This document shows, one piece after another, positions 28,315 through 39,500 of a DNA stretch of 64,000 nucleotides. This DNA comes from Flaccisagitta enflata (taxonomy: Eukaryota): positions 44,764,001-44,828,000 of the forward strand of contig OZ231126.1 of assembly GCA_965153355.1 (NCBI GenBank), in the 5' to 3' direction. Numbering within the stretch: the first letter of the stretch is position 1; every line of letters begins with the position of its first letter. Position numbers and translations under genes: made by a program. Under the pieces are notes generated by a model. That model ran no database searches. It was not told the origin of the DNA and saw only the letters and a program-made list of their open reading frames with translations.

Positions 28315-31300
28315 TTAAGGGGTGTCAGGAGGTTGAGGAGGAGGAGGAGGAGGCGGGGGATTAGCGGGAAGCAACGACGAAAAAGAAGGGAGAGATTGGA
28401 GGAAGCTGACGACGGTTGCCGGGTTGACCCAGAGGTCTCGCGGCGTCAAATTAGTAGGGACGGCACCACATTCAAATAAATGTTTAGCTGTATGGCGGTG
28501 GAAGAGGCATTCAGGGCATAAAGCCGAGCGCGTGTGGCCGAGGAGGACCTTGTAATCGTTTAGTAGGCGGCAGCTACCAGAGCGAAGTTGGGCCAGAGTG
28601 CAGCGCTGGATGCGATTGAGGTTTTTCTCAGAGGGCGAGATTTCGGGTGGCGTGGAATTAAGCAGCGGATTGGCACTTTTCAGTTTTTTAATGGAAGCAG
28701 CGATAAAGTCGGTGTGGACATTTTTCAGAACGGACTTGTAGGTAGCCGGGTCGACTGAGCCATTGGTAAGATAAGGATCGACGGCAGCCTGGTGTTTGCT
28801 CTGCAAGGTTGCCTTCATGGAACGGTGGCCGGAAGGAGCCGTGACGATGGGAAGGGAGGGATGCGTTGGGCGAAGGCAGCTGGCGAGATGTTGCGCGGAA
28901 AGCATGTCAAGATGATCGCGGACAAGAGGGAACTTGGCCTCATGATGAAGATGTTCAACAGTGGCAGCTTTGTGGCAGCCGGTGGCGATGCGAAGGGCGG
29001 CGTTTTGGATCTTCTGGATGTTGTTGAAGGAGGCGTCGCTTGCATTTGGCAACCAGACAGCGGCGGCATAGTTGATTTTGGGCTCGACGTAAGTTTTGAA
29101 GGTACGGAGCAGGAGCTCTTTCTGGCAGCCCCAACCAGTGCCAGCAAGAGCACGGAGCATACCAAGCTTCTTCTTACAGGATTTGACTAGATCGGCAGCG
29201 TGGGCATGGAAACAGAAATGGGTGTCCATGGTCACACCCAAGATTTTAGGCGTCTTGTTCAGAGGAATCGGAGCGCCGGCGATGGTGACATTGGGGTGGG
29301 TATCCGATTGACGAGCCCTGTCAGGAGTGAAGAATGTGATTGAAGATTTCGTCGGAGCGATGACAAGTTCTTTCCTTAGAGCCCATGTTTCGAAGGCATC
29401 GATGTCGCTTTGCAATCTTCTCTCGATCTCCGCCAACTCTGAAGACGACTGACTGGTCGTAAAGTCATCCGCGTAGGAAGGCTGACGGACAGGGCAGTTG
29501 CGAACAAAGAAGTTGAACAAAATGGGGCCGAGGACTGATCCTTGAGGGACGCCTCGTCTAACAATCCTCCAACTTGATGTGGCTCCCTGCCATATAACCC
29601 TGGATTGACGTCCACGGAGGTAAGCAGAAAGCCAGTGAAGCAGGTTGAGATGGAGGTCAGTCTCAGACGCTTCGTCAAGGAGGATAGAATGATGAACTGA
29701 CTCGAAAGCCTTTGCAATGTCGATGGCGACAGTCGCAGTGCGAGCGGCCGGTTTCTTTTCATTAAATCCCTGGGCGATACGAGTGACCGTCGGGAGTAAG
29801 GCAGAACTCGTCGAGTGATGTGGACGGAAGCCATGTTGAGTTTCTGTAGGTTTGAGAGACGCAGTAAAGAATGGAAGAAGAACTCGCTCGAGGAGTTTTG
29901 ACGCGGGACAAAGAAGCGAGATGGGGCGCTTAGACGACAATAAGAGCGGATCCTTCCCAGGCTTAGGGACAGGGATTATGTTGGCTTTCTTCCATATGGC
30001 TGGCATTTGCGCGTGTTGGACGGATAAGTTGAAGATGGAGGTGAGAGAGGCGATGGCGCGGCGACCGAAGTTTTTGTAGTGAATCATAGTGAGGCCATCC
30101 GGGCCAGCAGCAGATGAGCTTTTGGCACGTTGAATCGCAGCGATGACGGCAGTTTCGTCGATTGGCGCGTAGGAATGATCCATCTTCTTCTTCTTGATCT
30201 TGCGAATAACACGGCGTGTGAGAGGCGTTTGACGGTGAGGTACGACGTTGGCATATTTCTTGTTGAATCGATTCGCAATATTTCGTCGTTTAGTAAAAAT
30301 ACGGCCGTCGAAGTCGATGGGTTGATTTGGGGCGTTGTAAATGCGCTTTCCGGATAGCCGTCGAGTGATGCTGATGAATTTGGCTGAATTACCGTCGTTA
30401 TTAGTAGCGTCCAATTCTTCAATGAAGGCATCTCCCTTCGATTTGTTAATCGTTTCACGCAGTTGTCTCTCCAAGTCCGCAATTCCCGGATCATGGGGGC
30501 TGCGGGCGCGGAGGGCGTCGCGGCGGTCGCGAATTTCAGCAGCTTCGCGTGGAAAGTTAGGGACAAAGTCATGTCGGTAACCAGCCGGAATATTCCGGCG
30601 GGATGCTTGTAAGACTGCTTTCCTTAACTTAGCCTCGCCGTCGACGCAAGACGATGGGGGAGACGAAGGAACAAGCGACTCAAGATCTTCAGTGAATTTA
30701 CGCCAATTAGCTTTACGAAGACATGGATAAGTGCGACGCATGCGGACGTTGGGGAAGTTGTTGCGGAGTTGGGGGTCGACGAAGGAGATGAGGATGGGAA
30801 GGTGGTCGGAGTTGAGGGGTTGAGCGTTGAAGGCGCCGTTGGATATAGTGGGGACAGACCAGGTGACGAGAGGAAGGAGATGAGCGGAGATGAGCGAGAC
30901 GTCGGGAGAGGAAGGGGAGCCGTTGGCTGTGGTGGGAAGGCGTGTGGCGGCGTCGTTGTTGGCGATGCAGAAGTCGCTTTCTTCGATTGCGTCAAGGAGA
31001 CTCTCGCCCCTTGAATCGTCGGAAGTCGAGAACCATTCGTGACTATGAGCGTTGAAGTCGCCGAGGATGAAAGCATCTCCATCCGGGTGGTCAAGAATGG
31101 CGGTGAAATCCGGCAGATAATCATTGGGGCAAGAGGCAGACGGTGGGATGTAGACATTGTATATACGGATGTCTGCGTGGCGAAGGAAGATTTTAACGCC
31201 GATGATCTCAAGTCGCTGGTCCTTTAGCGTAGAGGTGTCGATTGGCGCAAATTCGACGTCGTGATGGACGAGGATGATGAGGCCGCCGCCTCCACCATCA

Positions 31301-31614
31301 CCAGGGCGGTCGCGTCGAAGGAGAGTGTAATTACTGAAGACAGGGTCCGGGATGTGTGGGCGTAGTTTGGATTCCTGGATACACGCAATCTTAACATTGT
31401 TTTCATGCAGATAAACTTCAAGTTCGTTCCTAGAGGTATTTATCGCATTGATATTAAGTTGGAGGACGCGAGGAATGTCGACGGGAGGAGGAGGACGAGG
31501 AGGGCGAGGGCCGGGATTGGGAGAGATTCCGGAGATGAAGAGGAGAATCAAAATAAGTCGTCGGATGAAGAGCTTCCCTGAAAGTTTTTGCCAGTAGAAA
31601 ATAGGCGTCCTCAT
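28315..31614 (-). CDS. APE endonuclease-reverse transcriptase polyprotein with C-terminal CCHC-type knuckle, 1099 aa
   Basis: APE motifs QLNIN, IQES, NVYIPP, GDFNAH, SDHLPI. RT motifs QHGFR, DIAKAF, PQGSVLGP, YADD, ILGV. C-terminal AQLRSG..CPEC-x8-HLFEC. No RNase H recognisable. Confidence 0.96.
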   Translation of the reverse strand: MRTPIFYWQKLSGKLFIRRLILILLFISGISPNPGPRPPRPPPPVDIPRVLQLNINAINTSRNELEVYLHENNVKIACIQESKLRPHIPDPVFSNYTLLRRDRPGDGGGGGLIILVHHDVEFAPIDTSTLKDQRLEIIGVKIFLRHADIRIYNVYIPPSASCPNDYLPDFTAILDHPDGDAFILGDFNAHSHEWFSTSDDSRGESLLDAIEESDFCIANNDAATRLPTTANGSPSSPDVSLISAHLLPLVTWSVPTISNGAFNAQPLNSDHLPILISFVDPQLRNNFPNVRMRRTYPCLRKANWRKFTEDLESLVPSSPPSSCVDGEAKLRKAVLQASRRNIPAGYRHDFVPNFPREAAEIRDRRDALRARSPHDPGIADLERQLRETINKSKGDAFIEELDATNNDGNSAKFISITRRLSGKRIYNAPNQPIDFDGRIFTKRRNIANRFNKKYANVVPHRQTPLTRRVIRKIKKKKMDHSYAPIDETAVIAAIQRAKSSSAAGPDGLTMIHYKNFGRRAIASLTSIFNLSVQHAQMPAIWKKANIIPVPKPGKDPLLLSSKRPISLLCPASKLLERVLLPFFTASLKPTETQHGFRPHHSTSSALLPTVTRIAQGFNEKKPAARTATVAIDIAKAFESVHHSILLDEASETDLHLNLLHWLSAYLRGRQSRVIWQGATSSWRIVRRGVPQGSVLGPILFNFFVRNCPVRQPSYADDFTTSQSSSELAEIERRLQSDIDAFETWALRKELVIAPTKSSITFFTPDRARQSDTHPNVTIAGAPIPLNKTPKILGVTMDTHFCFHAHAADLVKSCKKKLGMLRALAGTGWGCQKELLLRTFKTYVEPKINYAAAVWLPNASDASFNNIQKIQNAALRIATGCHKAATVEHLHHEAKFPLVRDHLDMLSAQHLASCLRPTHPSLPIVTAPSGHRSMKATLQSKHQAAVDPYLTNGSVDPATYKSVLKNVHTDFIAASIKKLKSANPLLNSTPPEISPSEKNLNRIQRCTLAQLRSGSCRLLNDYKVLLGHTRSALCPECLFHRHTAKHLFECGAVPTNLTPRDLWVNPATVVSFLQSLPSFSSLLPANPPPPPPPPQPPDTP

Positions 31615-31680
31615 ACTGGCGGATGTTGACGCCTTAGACGAAAAGAGGGTAAAGGTGCGAAGTTTGGGGGTTTTTGTTGG

Positions 31681-31750
31681 TCGTCGTTTGAGCCAACGTC
31701 ATGCTGACGTCGACATCCATCCACCACGGAAAGGCGACGATATCGGATGG
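31681..31750 (-). ncRNA. Putative HDV-like self-cleaving ribozyme at the 5' end of the retrotransposon
   Basis: Minus strand: P1 CCATCC(G)/(T)GGATGG; P2 TCGTC(G)/(C)GACGA; P3 (G)CC/GG(T) closing L3 TTTCCGT; P4 GTCGACGTCA-GCA-TGACGTTGGC; J4/2 T-C-AAA. It starts 2 nt inside the TSD. Folded by hand only. Confidence 0.75.
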
Positions 31751-32258
31751 TTTTTGAGAAAAGGTGAAATGGACCAACGGACCAAGGGACGGACGGATGG
31801 ACAGATGGACAGAAAAACGGTCAAACGGATTGTTGGACGGACAGACTGATGGACGAACGGATGGACGGACGAACGGACAAACGGATGGACAGACCCTCTT
31901 ATAAAGATGCGTTCCTGATGGACACAGCTAAAAATGTCAGCTGAAAATAAAAGAGAAAATTTCAGCCTTTGATGTTTTGCTGGCCATTTGATCGTCTATG
32001 CGACCGACCCCTACCACTACCACGGTCAGTCTTTGCGTCTTTTTATTTATGAACAGATTTGCGGTTGAAGAATGACCGACAAATCAGCAACGAAATTAGC
32101 TGGATGAAATCAAAGGTGATGACCTCGCTCTGCCTGACTGACAACCTGCCGGCATGATAAGCAACAGACTGTTGACCTAACTTGTCGAATTGATTCTATT
32201 ATGGCTTCAAGTAAGCAAATATCTTTCTCTGTCTATCTTTCTCTTACGCTCTCTTTTT

Positions 32259-32305
<47 letters not shown>

Positions 32306-32999
32306 CTCTTGTTCATTTCCAATTAGAATGCAAATCATTCCTTAGTCTTCTCGTGAGCTTGTTGCCAAAGATAATCCTGCCTTTGCCGCTTCCGCCCTCC
32401 GGTTTGCCGCTTCCGCTGCCGACAGCCGCTTCCATCTCCTCCTCCTCCCCCACCACTAGGAGAATTTTTGGGGGGACTCCCAAGAAGGAAGATGAGAGAA
32501 ACAGGAATTAAGAGGAAGGAAGGAATTAAAATAAAGGAAGGAAGCCCAAGATGCTAATTTCGTAAATGGAGATGAAAAAAGAAAGAGTGAGAAACAAATG
32601 ATGAGGATAAGGTCGATGAATTATGGCAGCTCCGTTATCATGCCTTATCCTGAGTTTGTGTACGAATGTCTAAGTTTTCCATTTTAAGGATCAACTATTT
32701 TCTACGTATATCTGCAGGCGACACTTGTTGGAAAGATTTTCTATTGGTCGGCCATTCTGTCTCTCCGTCCGTCCTTCAATAGCATTCTGCATTTGCTGTA
32801 TGGAGAGTGGAACAATTATTATTATCATTGTGTCTATTTTCGTCAACATATTATGCGACAATTCAAACATCAATCACAATTCAATTCAAAGGGCTAGGTC
32901 TACTACATGTTTGCTTCTATGATAAAAAGAGCGTTACGGGGTCCGGTCACGTTCCTCTGCCTCCTCTTCTCTATGGAGGGCAGCCAGAAACTTCAAAAT

Positions 33000-33290
33000 C
33001 TCGTTATCATGGGCAATCATTCCATTATGGAAACGTTATTTGCTTTTTCAAACAAAGACTCGATGCGAAATTATATATCTCTCTTATCTGGCGAATGCTT
33101 TGCCACAGGCGAAAACCAAAAATCCGACGTATAGCAGTATTTAATGCAACATTGAATTGGTTCATTTGAAAAGCATTTAATTTCTTAATCTCAGAACCAA
33201 AAGTGAGTTTAGGCACACAGTTAGAATAAAGTAAATGCATCAGTACATTCTCCTTTGGTCTACGAGTACTTGAATTTCTTGAAAGCACTA
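33000..33290 (-). pseudogene. Degraded 3' fragment of a different non-LTR retrotransposon ORF (post-RT region)
   Basis: Translation LMHLLYSNCVPKLTFGSEI...NTAIRRIFGFRLWQSIRQI resembles the P.L.YG.E / IRRI.G pattern found C-terminal to LINE RT domains. Confidence 0.65.
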
Positions 33291-34949
33291 AAATAAATGG
33301 AAGAGGGTGAACCCTCACTGGCTAGTTAATACGCGCACCACACCTAGTTTTCCATAAATGTCTTTCATTTCATTTCATAAAACAGAATCTGAAAAACATT
33401 CCTTCTCAATCTAACCCAAAAGCAGTTTATGCTTGACCGCACGCCCTAGTTTTTTTCCGGCGTTCTTGCTAATCCGTTGACTTACTGATTATCTTCTTAT
33501 TCTGTTTGCTCGATTGCCTTTTTTTTCTGTTTGTTCGCTGAACTGATTCTATACATGTCCTCGATCTTAGGGATAAGAATATCTTGAGTCTTTGTCTTTG
33601 TCTTTGAACTAAAATGACTATTCGGGCTTTTGTTAGGTAAACTTGAAACTTGAAAGTTCAAAAGTACTTCCTGTAAATAGGACTAAGTCGCCCATTAAAA
33701 GTACTTTGATTCACCTGAAGAGCCTCACATCAGAAAGAGCTTTGTTGAAAGGGCTAGGACAGAAGAGCTCACATATTAGTCAAGTTACCAGCAGATTTGA
33801 TCGGCAGGAGAGAGACTTTTTAAAAGCAAAAAACAATTATGTAAATGATTACAAAAACATTACAAAAACGAATATCATTTCCTTGTGTCGCAGATGTTTC
33901 AATAAAAGAGGTGACAACATTGAGGAAAAAAAAAGGGTAAGCGTGGAAGATCCGATAGCAAATAAACTTTTAAGTCAAAGTTAAATTTGCATGATTACAA
34001 TGAGAATTATGCGACAAGTCGAATTTATGCATGGGCAAATAATGAGGAAATGCCCTCTTCTTTTTCTTTGCACTGTATTTATGGCTTTTTTTTTTTTTTT
34101 GGCCACCTCTGTCCATCAGTATTTTTATGGTCTATATCTCTTTCTTTCTCATATGCCTGGGGGATAGCATACAGGGTTTTAGTTTGAAATATGCTTCAGA
34201 ACTCGGTTTGTGGTTAGTTTATGATGTCCTTATTGCAGGAAAAAAATTTTTGGAGACCTGTGTGAATGGGAAGCGGTAGCCATTTTTGATGAAAGTCAAA
34301 CTATAAGATAGGCAAAAATCGTCTTTTTCGCCAAAATTGCCATTTTTACTGTTTTTGGGTGCATTCATTCTGATATAAAAATCTTGAAATGAATGTTATG
34401 GGGCCATTTCTAACTTCCTTAGTATCTATACTTTACATAGTAACTTTGAAACAACTTTGAAATTGGATACTTTGATCATACTGCTAAACCAAGGTTAGCA
34501 CCGTAACAGCAAAATAAGCGAAAATGCAAAAATCGCGATTTTGGCTAAATGTGTGCTTTTTTGATTGCATATATTATTAGTAAGAATCATGAAATAAATG
34601 TTGGGTGATTTTTTCTTACTTCCTTAGCATCCTAACTTGACAATGAACCATCAAAAAAAGTTTGATATGGCTAGCCGTTATCATACTGCCAAACCTAAGT
34701 CAGTACCGCTGTATTTTTTTAATATTCAGTGCTCAAACTTCTTCCTCCAGGTATTGCGGTTCCATTACCAATTCTCTGCTCCACCTAATTTCTGAAGGTC
34801 GATTATGAATGTGCTAATGCAAAGCGGTATCAAATTTGTCGACGAAACTCGTCTGACAGATTCATTTCTTTGAAGTTTGAACATAAAAGCGCCATTTTCC
34901 TCGCAAAATATTTCATTTCTTATCATAACTTCAATCTGGCAGAGGAAAA

Positions 34950-35350
34950 ATTTGGTGCATTGTTGACAAGTTCCTATTATCCACTCTTTTTTTTAAAGTC
35001 CATTGTCCATTGTCTATTTTTACTTTTTTTTACAAAATATTCATCAACAAAGTGTTAAACAGAACAATAAAGACTGTTGAAAAGGTATTGAGTATTCATA
35101 TTTGGTGGGATTTGCGTTTTGTTGTCAAGAACCTGTTATCCACTCTTTTCTTTCCTACGTCCACTGTCTAATTCACACTTTTTACAAAATTTTCAATGAC
35201 AAAAGATTGGACGAAGCAATGAAAACTTTTGGAAGGGTATTGAGAATTCATTTTTGGTGGGATTTGTGTTTTGTTGTCAAGAATCTATTGTCCACCCTTT
35301 ACTTTCCTACGTCCATTGTCTATTTCACACTTTTTACAAAATCTTCAATG
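34950..35350. repeat. ~152-bp tandem repeat, ~2.5 copies
   Basis: TTGAG(T/A)ATTCAT(A/T)TTTGGTGGGATTTG at ~35089 and ~35241, with a more diverged copy upstream. Confidence 0.75.
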
Positions 35351-35580
35351 GTGTTTTACTGATTTTTTTTGTTTTTTTTTGTTTTTTTCTCAGTCTGTTT
35401 GTTAGTCTCTGTTTGTAACTGCCAATTTGTCCCTACCTCTGTTTGCCTCTGACTCTGTCTCTTCTTACTATCCCTCTTTCCCCTTGTTTGTCTGTCTATC
35501 CGTCTGACCGTCTGTCTGTCTGACCGTCTGTCTGTCTGACCGTCTGTCTGTCTGTCTGTCTGTCTGTCTGCCTGTCTGTC

Positions 35581-35652
<72 letters not shown>

Positions 35653-36554
35653 GCAGTCACACTCGACTCATAACTTTTGCTTTTTTTGTCTATTTCCTCT
35701 AATTAGGAATTCTTGGAGGGTGAAGAGCCAAAGAGCCAAGGCTTATCTTCGCTTTGATTTGTGAAGGAGAAAATTCGTCTGAATTTTCGAGATTATTTTT
35801 GGGGGAATTTCTTTTCTTTTTGCTCTTTTTTTTTCTTGTCGTTTTTGTCTCTGTCTCTGTCTCCCTCTTTTAATTTCTCGAACGCTCGCGAGTGGCGCCA
35901 AATCCTGCAAACAAAAAAACACAAAAGGAGGAAATGTTTGAGAGCTCAGTCAAGATCAAATTCGCTCTCAAGATCTCAGTTTTTCCCGACATGAAAAGGA
36001 GAGAAGAAAAACCTTACAAATTAATGTATCACTTAAACTGTCTGCGCACCACCTGCTTTTCATATCTAGTACCGACATTGAATGGTTAAACAAATACTGT
36101 TGAGAATTTTCGAGGGACTAACAAATCAGTTTGCTATAAAAGAAATCTTTACAAACAATTTTAAAGCAAATGAATGGTTGGAGGACAAAAAACTTTTTTT
36201 TCAAAAATAAATGTTTCTTATACTTATAGGCATGTTCCTCAGAACGTACTATGACTGTAATTAGATTATAAATGAATATTTGCAGTAAAAAGAACACGAT
36301 TTCTGAGTCGCTTTGGTTGGTCGATCAGTCGGTAAGTCTGCTGATTCGTCATCGGTTCGTCGGTCGTTTTTCCAGTCTGTCGGTCTGTTTGACTTTCTGT
36401 CAGTTCGTCCATTAGTTGATTAAAGTAATCGTTTTCTCTGCGCCTCGAAGCTTTATTAATTTTCCATGTGTGTTAGTTCATTTGTGTTAACCCCTCCACG
36501 AATCGAACTCAATTGAAGTCAGGCCTAACGGTGATTTCGCGACACGAGGAGTTG

Positions 36555-36561
36555 TATTTAA
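36555..36561 (+). promoter_or_regulatory. Candidate TATA-like box of the Kazal gene
   Basis: TATTTAA about 65 nt upstream of the ATG; positional inference only. Confidence 0.3.
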
Positions 36562-36620
36562 GCGCCACCTATTTCACCGCAAATACAAACGTTTTGGTGG
36601 GTTGAAGGGCGTCGTACACG

Positions 36621-36651
36621 ATGAAACTTTTCATCGCCCTGCTCGCTTTGG
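36621..36651 (+). CDS. Kazal-type protease inhibitor, exon 1 (signal peptide start)
   Basis: MKLFIALLAL plus one G, then donor GTAAGT (phase 1). Model join(36621..36651,36885..36967,37917..38024,38349..38582) gives 151 aa. Confidence 0.88.
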
Positions 36652-36884
36652 GTAAGTTGTGAGTAAATCATAACGTCATGATGCCTAGAAGAGAGAAACG
36701 TATCATTCACACCCTGAGGCTCGATACCCGGCCCCCAGTTGCGGACGGTTGGAGAGGTGCGGTGATGAAAAAAAAGGCTTGTTATCGAATTATATTACCG
36801 ATGGACGAAGGGAAAGACGGACTGACGGACTGACCGACACAACCAATGTAGATGAATAACACTCTTCTCTCTTTCTCCCTGTAG

Positions 36885-36967
36885 CGGCTTTTCTGTCGTC
36901 CACAGCGGCGGCGTCCAAGAGCAGTTGCGGTCCTTGGCCAAGACCTTGTCCGAAGATTAATTTTCCG
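36885..36967 (+). CDS. Kazal-type protease inhibitor, exon 2
   Basis: Pyrimidine tract and TAG acceptor; (A)AFLSSTAAASKSSCGPWPRPCPKINFP; donor GTATGG (phase 0). Confidence 0.9.
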
Positions 36968-37089
36968 GTATGGATTTCAGTCGTTTGTGCGCGACTTTTT
37001 ATCCCGCTATGTCGGTCCGTCAGTTGGTCGGTCCATCCAACAGTTACGCTTTTAATTCTTCAGTATTTTTGGTCATACGCAGAGTTGCC

Positions 37090-37394
37090 TTTTTAGATGC
37101 GTCCGTCAGGAACGCATCTCTATAAGAGGGTCTGTCCGTCCGTCCGTCGGTCCGTCCGTCGGTCCGTCCGTCCGTCGGTCCGTCGGTCGGTCCGTTACGC
37201 CTGTGCAAAAACCGCGTTTCTCGGCTGTTTTTGGCCACGGTGACATCCTACACTGAAACAAATGATCAACCAACATGTTTTGAGAGTCGTTTCACCCGTC
37301 TGTTCGTCTATCTATCTCTCCATGCATATGTCACATGATCAATACACGCTGAAACACAGCCCGGACGCATCGTTGTCCGGTCGGGCTTGTTTTT
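37090..37394 (+). mobile_element. HINE/DINE-like element, AGATGCGTCC subfamily, in Kazal intron 2
   Basis: TTTTTAGATGCGTCC-GTCA-GGAACGCATCT, (GTCC)n, 3' GGACGCATC, hairpin GTCCG-GT-CGGGC, then TTGTTTTT. Confidence 0.72.
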
Positions 37395-37916
37395 CTACCG
37401 CCCACGACCGACGTACAATTTCTTGAAAAGTTCTCACTATGATAGTAAGATGGTCGGTTAGATCGTCCGCCGACATGATTAGAAAATGAACTTAAAGCTT
37501 ATATGACCCATTATGCCCGAGCTGTTTTCCATTTATTTCACCGACTGCCCGCCTTACCCCGGCACTCCCTGCGCTTCATTTAAAATTAAGCCACTATGCC
37601 ATCATCCACTACCGATTCTGTCTATCCCACTAACGCTATCCGTCCCACCCCAATGTCAATCAGTTCAGAAAATAGTTGTACCTTTTATATGCATGTCGCG
37701 TGCTGACGGTGGTGTCAAGCTATTCCTGCATCACCTTGGCGGTCAGTCTGGCTGATTGTCTGTTAAATGTTCTGCTGTCTTTGCTTCACATGGCCTACAC
37801 GATCAGGTTTACATTTTTACTCTCATGCCAAAGTTTTCTTCAGATGGAGTGCTCTGGCTTTCAGCTGATTTCAGGATATGACATAAAAACAAGAACATTG
37901 CAATATTCACATCCAG

Positions 37917-38024
37917 GTTTGTGATAATGAGGGCAACATCTATCCCAACAACTGCCAATTCATGGCCCACTACTGTCAAAAATTTCGCCATCCATCCAAA
38001 ATGAAGAAGTCTTTGCCTTTCTTG
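37917..38024 (+). CDS. Kazal-type protease inhibitor, exon 3
   Basis: CAG acceptor; VCDNEGNIYPNNCQFMAHYCQKFRHPSKMKKSLPFL (Kazal VC.x.G.xY.N.C signature); donor GTGAGT (phase 0). Confidence 0.92.
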
Positions 38025-38206
38025 GTGAGTACAGAGTCACTTCCTCTCTTCAGACTTGTCTTCATTTCTACATCTTTACTTAAGAAACCATGCCTTTGTT
38101 TCTTCTTAAATGCCCCCCCTTTCTCTGTCTGCGCGTTTGTGTGTCTGTCACTCTCTGTATCTCTTTCTCTGTGTCGCTTTGTCTCTTTCTGTCTGTCTTT
38201 GTTTCA

Positions 38207-38341
<135 letters not shown>

Positions 38342-38348
38342 TGTTTAG

Positions 38349-38582
38349 GTTACGTGTCCAAAGAAAAGCTCCAAGCCGTTGATGTCCAAAAAGAAAGTCG
38401 AGAAAAAATGTCGCTTTTACGATGAAAAGGTGTACAAATGCAAGAATGGATGGAAGCCCGTTTGTGACACAGATGGCGTCACATCTGCAAATGTCTGCGA
38501 GTTTCTCAGACGGCGATGTTTCATAGGTTTTGCCGAAGGAAGAAAAGTAAAAGAAGTGAACGTAAAAGGAGGTATCTGCTAA
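38349..38582 (+). CDS. Kazal-type protease inhibitor, exon 4 (end of domain 1, all of domain 2)
   Basis: TAG acceptor; VTC...CRFYDEKVYKCKNGWKPVCDTDGVTSANVCEFLRRRC...GGIC*, with six Cys in Kazal spacing for domain 2. Confidence 0.93.
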   Translation, partial: VTCPKKSSKPLMSKKKVEKKCRFYDEKVYKCKNGWKPVCDTDGVTSANVCEFLRRRCFIGFAEGRKVKEVNVKGGIC

Positions 38583-39272
38583 GGAGGCAGGAAATAGTAG
38601 GCACCTGTTATCCTTTCTGACCTAACACATGATGCCAAAAGTGATTGGCGATACATCAACAGTCAGCGCTAATTGTAGCTTACAATCTTACAATTTGTAA
38701 GATAATTTTCGAACTCGTTTTTTTGCCTTAAATTTAAGCAAAATGATACCTATAGTTATTTCGTCATAAAGATCGATGTGACTTATTCGTTAGAAGCATC
38801 CCGATTTTAGAATTTATGTCGCGAGGTCTTGAACAAAAAGAATTCATCTTTTTCGTCTCACAAGCAGACGTCATTTAAAAATGTTTGTAAAAGATTTAAA
38901 AAGAACAATGTATCTGTATTCAGTTAATTTGTACTAATCGTGGGTTTCTGTTGTCGTTGCCGCGTTTCATCACAAAATATATGACGCCTGTCATTGAAAA
39001 CAAATGTCGAATCTTCTTTTCCATTCATTTGCTTTTATTTTTGTTCTTTTTGCCGACCCCCGTCCGAATTCTGTTGTACGGTGGAGGTCTGCCTTTTGGA
39101 CGCTAGAACATGGGGGTTCTCTTTCGCTAGGACATGGGGTTCGCTCTCGATGAAAGGTTTTTATTATTTTCATACGCGTGGTATTTGGGGCAGATACAGG
39201 CTAGAAATAGTAGAATCAAAGAAATAAGGAAAATCCACCATTTAAATCGGCTTTTTAGTATTCAGTGCAAAT

Positions 39273-39500
39273 AAACAAGGCCGGATACACGGCTACCGAA
39301 GTCGCGTGCAGGTGGGCAGGGGCCATATTTGAGGTCACCAGACCATTTGGGCAGGAGCAGTGAGGTCAAAGAAATAAAATCATAAAAAAAAGTAAAGTGT
39401 GGCAGACCAACCGACCGACCGACCGACCGACCGACCAACCGACCGACCGACCGACCGACGGACAAAGCGGGTTGTAGAGTCGCGTGCACGTGACTAAAAA
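39273..39500 (-). mobile_element. HINE/DINE-like element, AGTCGCGTGC subfamily
   Basis: Homologous to 2094-2322 in the opposite orientation. Further partial or expanded copies at ~41569-41690, ~42375-44365, ~45230-45390 and ~60961-61260. Confidence 0.72.

Larger units (their letters stand above)
28263..31752 (-). mobile_element. Full-length non-LTR retrotransposon, Ingi/Vingi-like
   Basis: 13-bp TSD TTTGAGAAAAGGT at 28250-28262 and 31753-31765; 3' tail AAACAACAACAGCA on the minus strand; single intact ORF; 138-nt 5' UTR; ~50-nt 3' UTR. Confidence 0.93.
28053..31933 (-). mobile_element. HINE-like element (AGATGCGTCC subfamily) split by the LINE insertion
   Basis: 28053-28100 matches the reverse complement of the 3' end of the 37090-37394 copy. 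31780-31933 matches its (GTCC)n tract and 5' end. Confidence 0.65.

Noticed and set aside
28792-31421. Antisense and alternate-frame ORFs overlapping the retrotransposon ORF
   Set aside because: Expected shadows of a GC-rich coding sequence, with no motifs.
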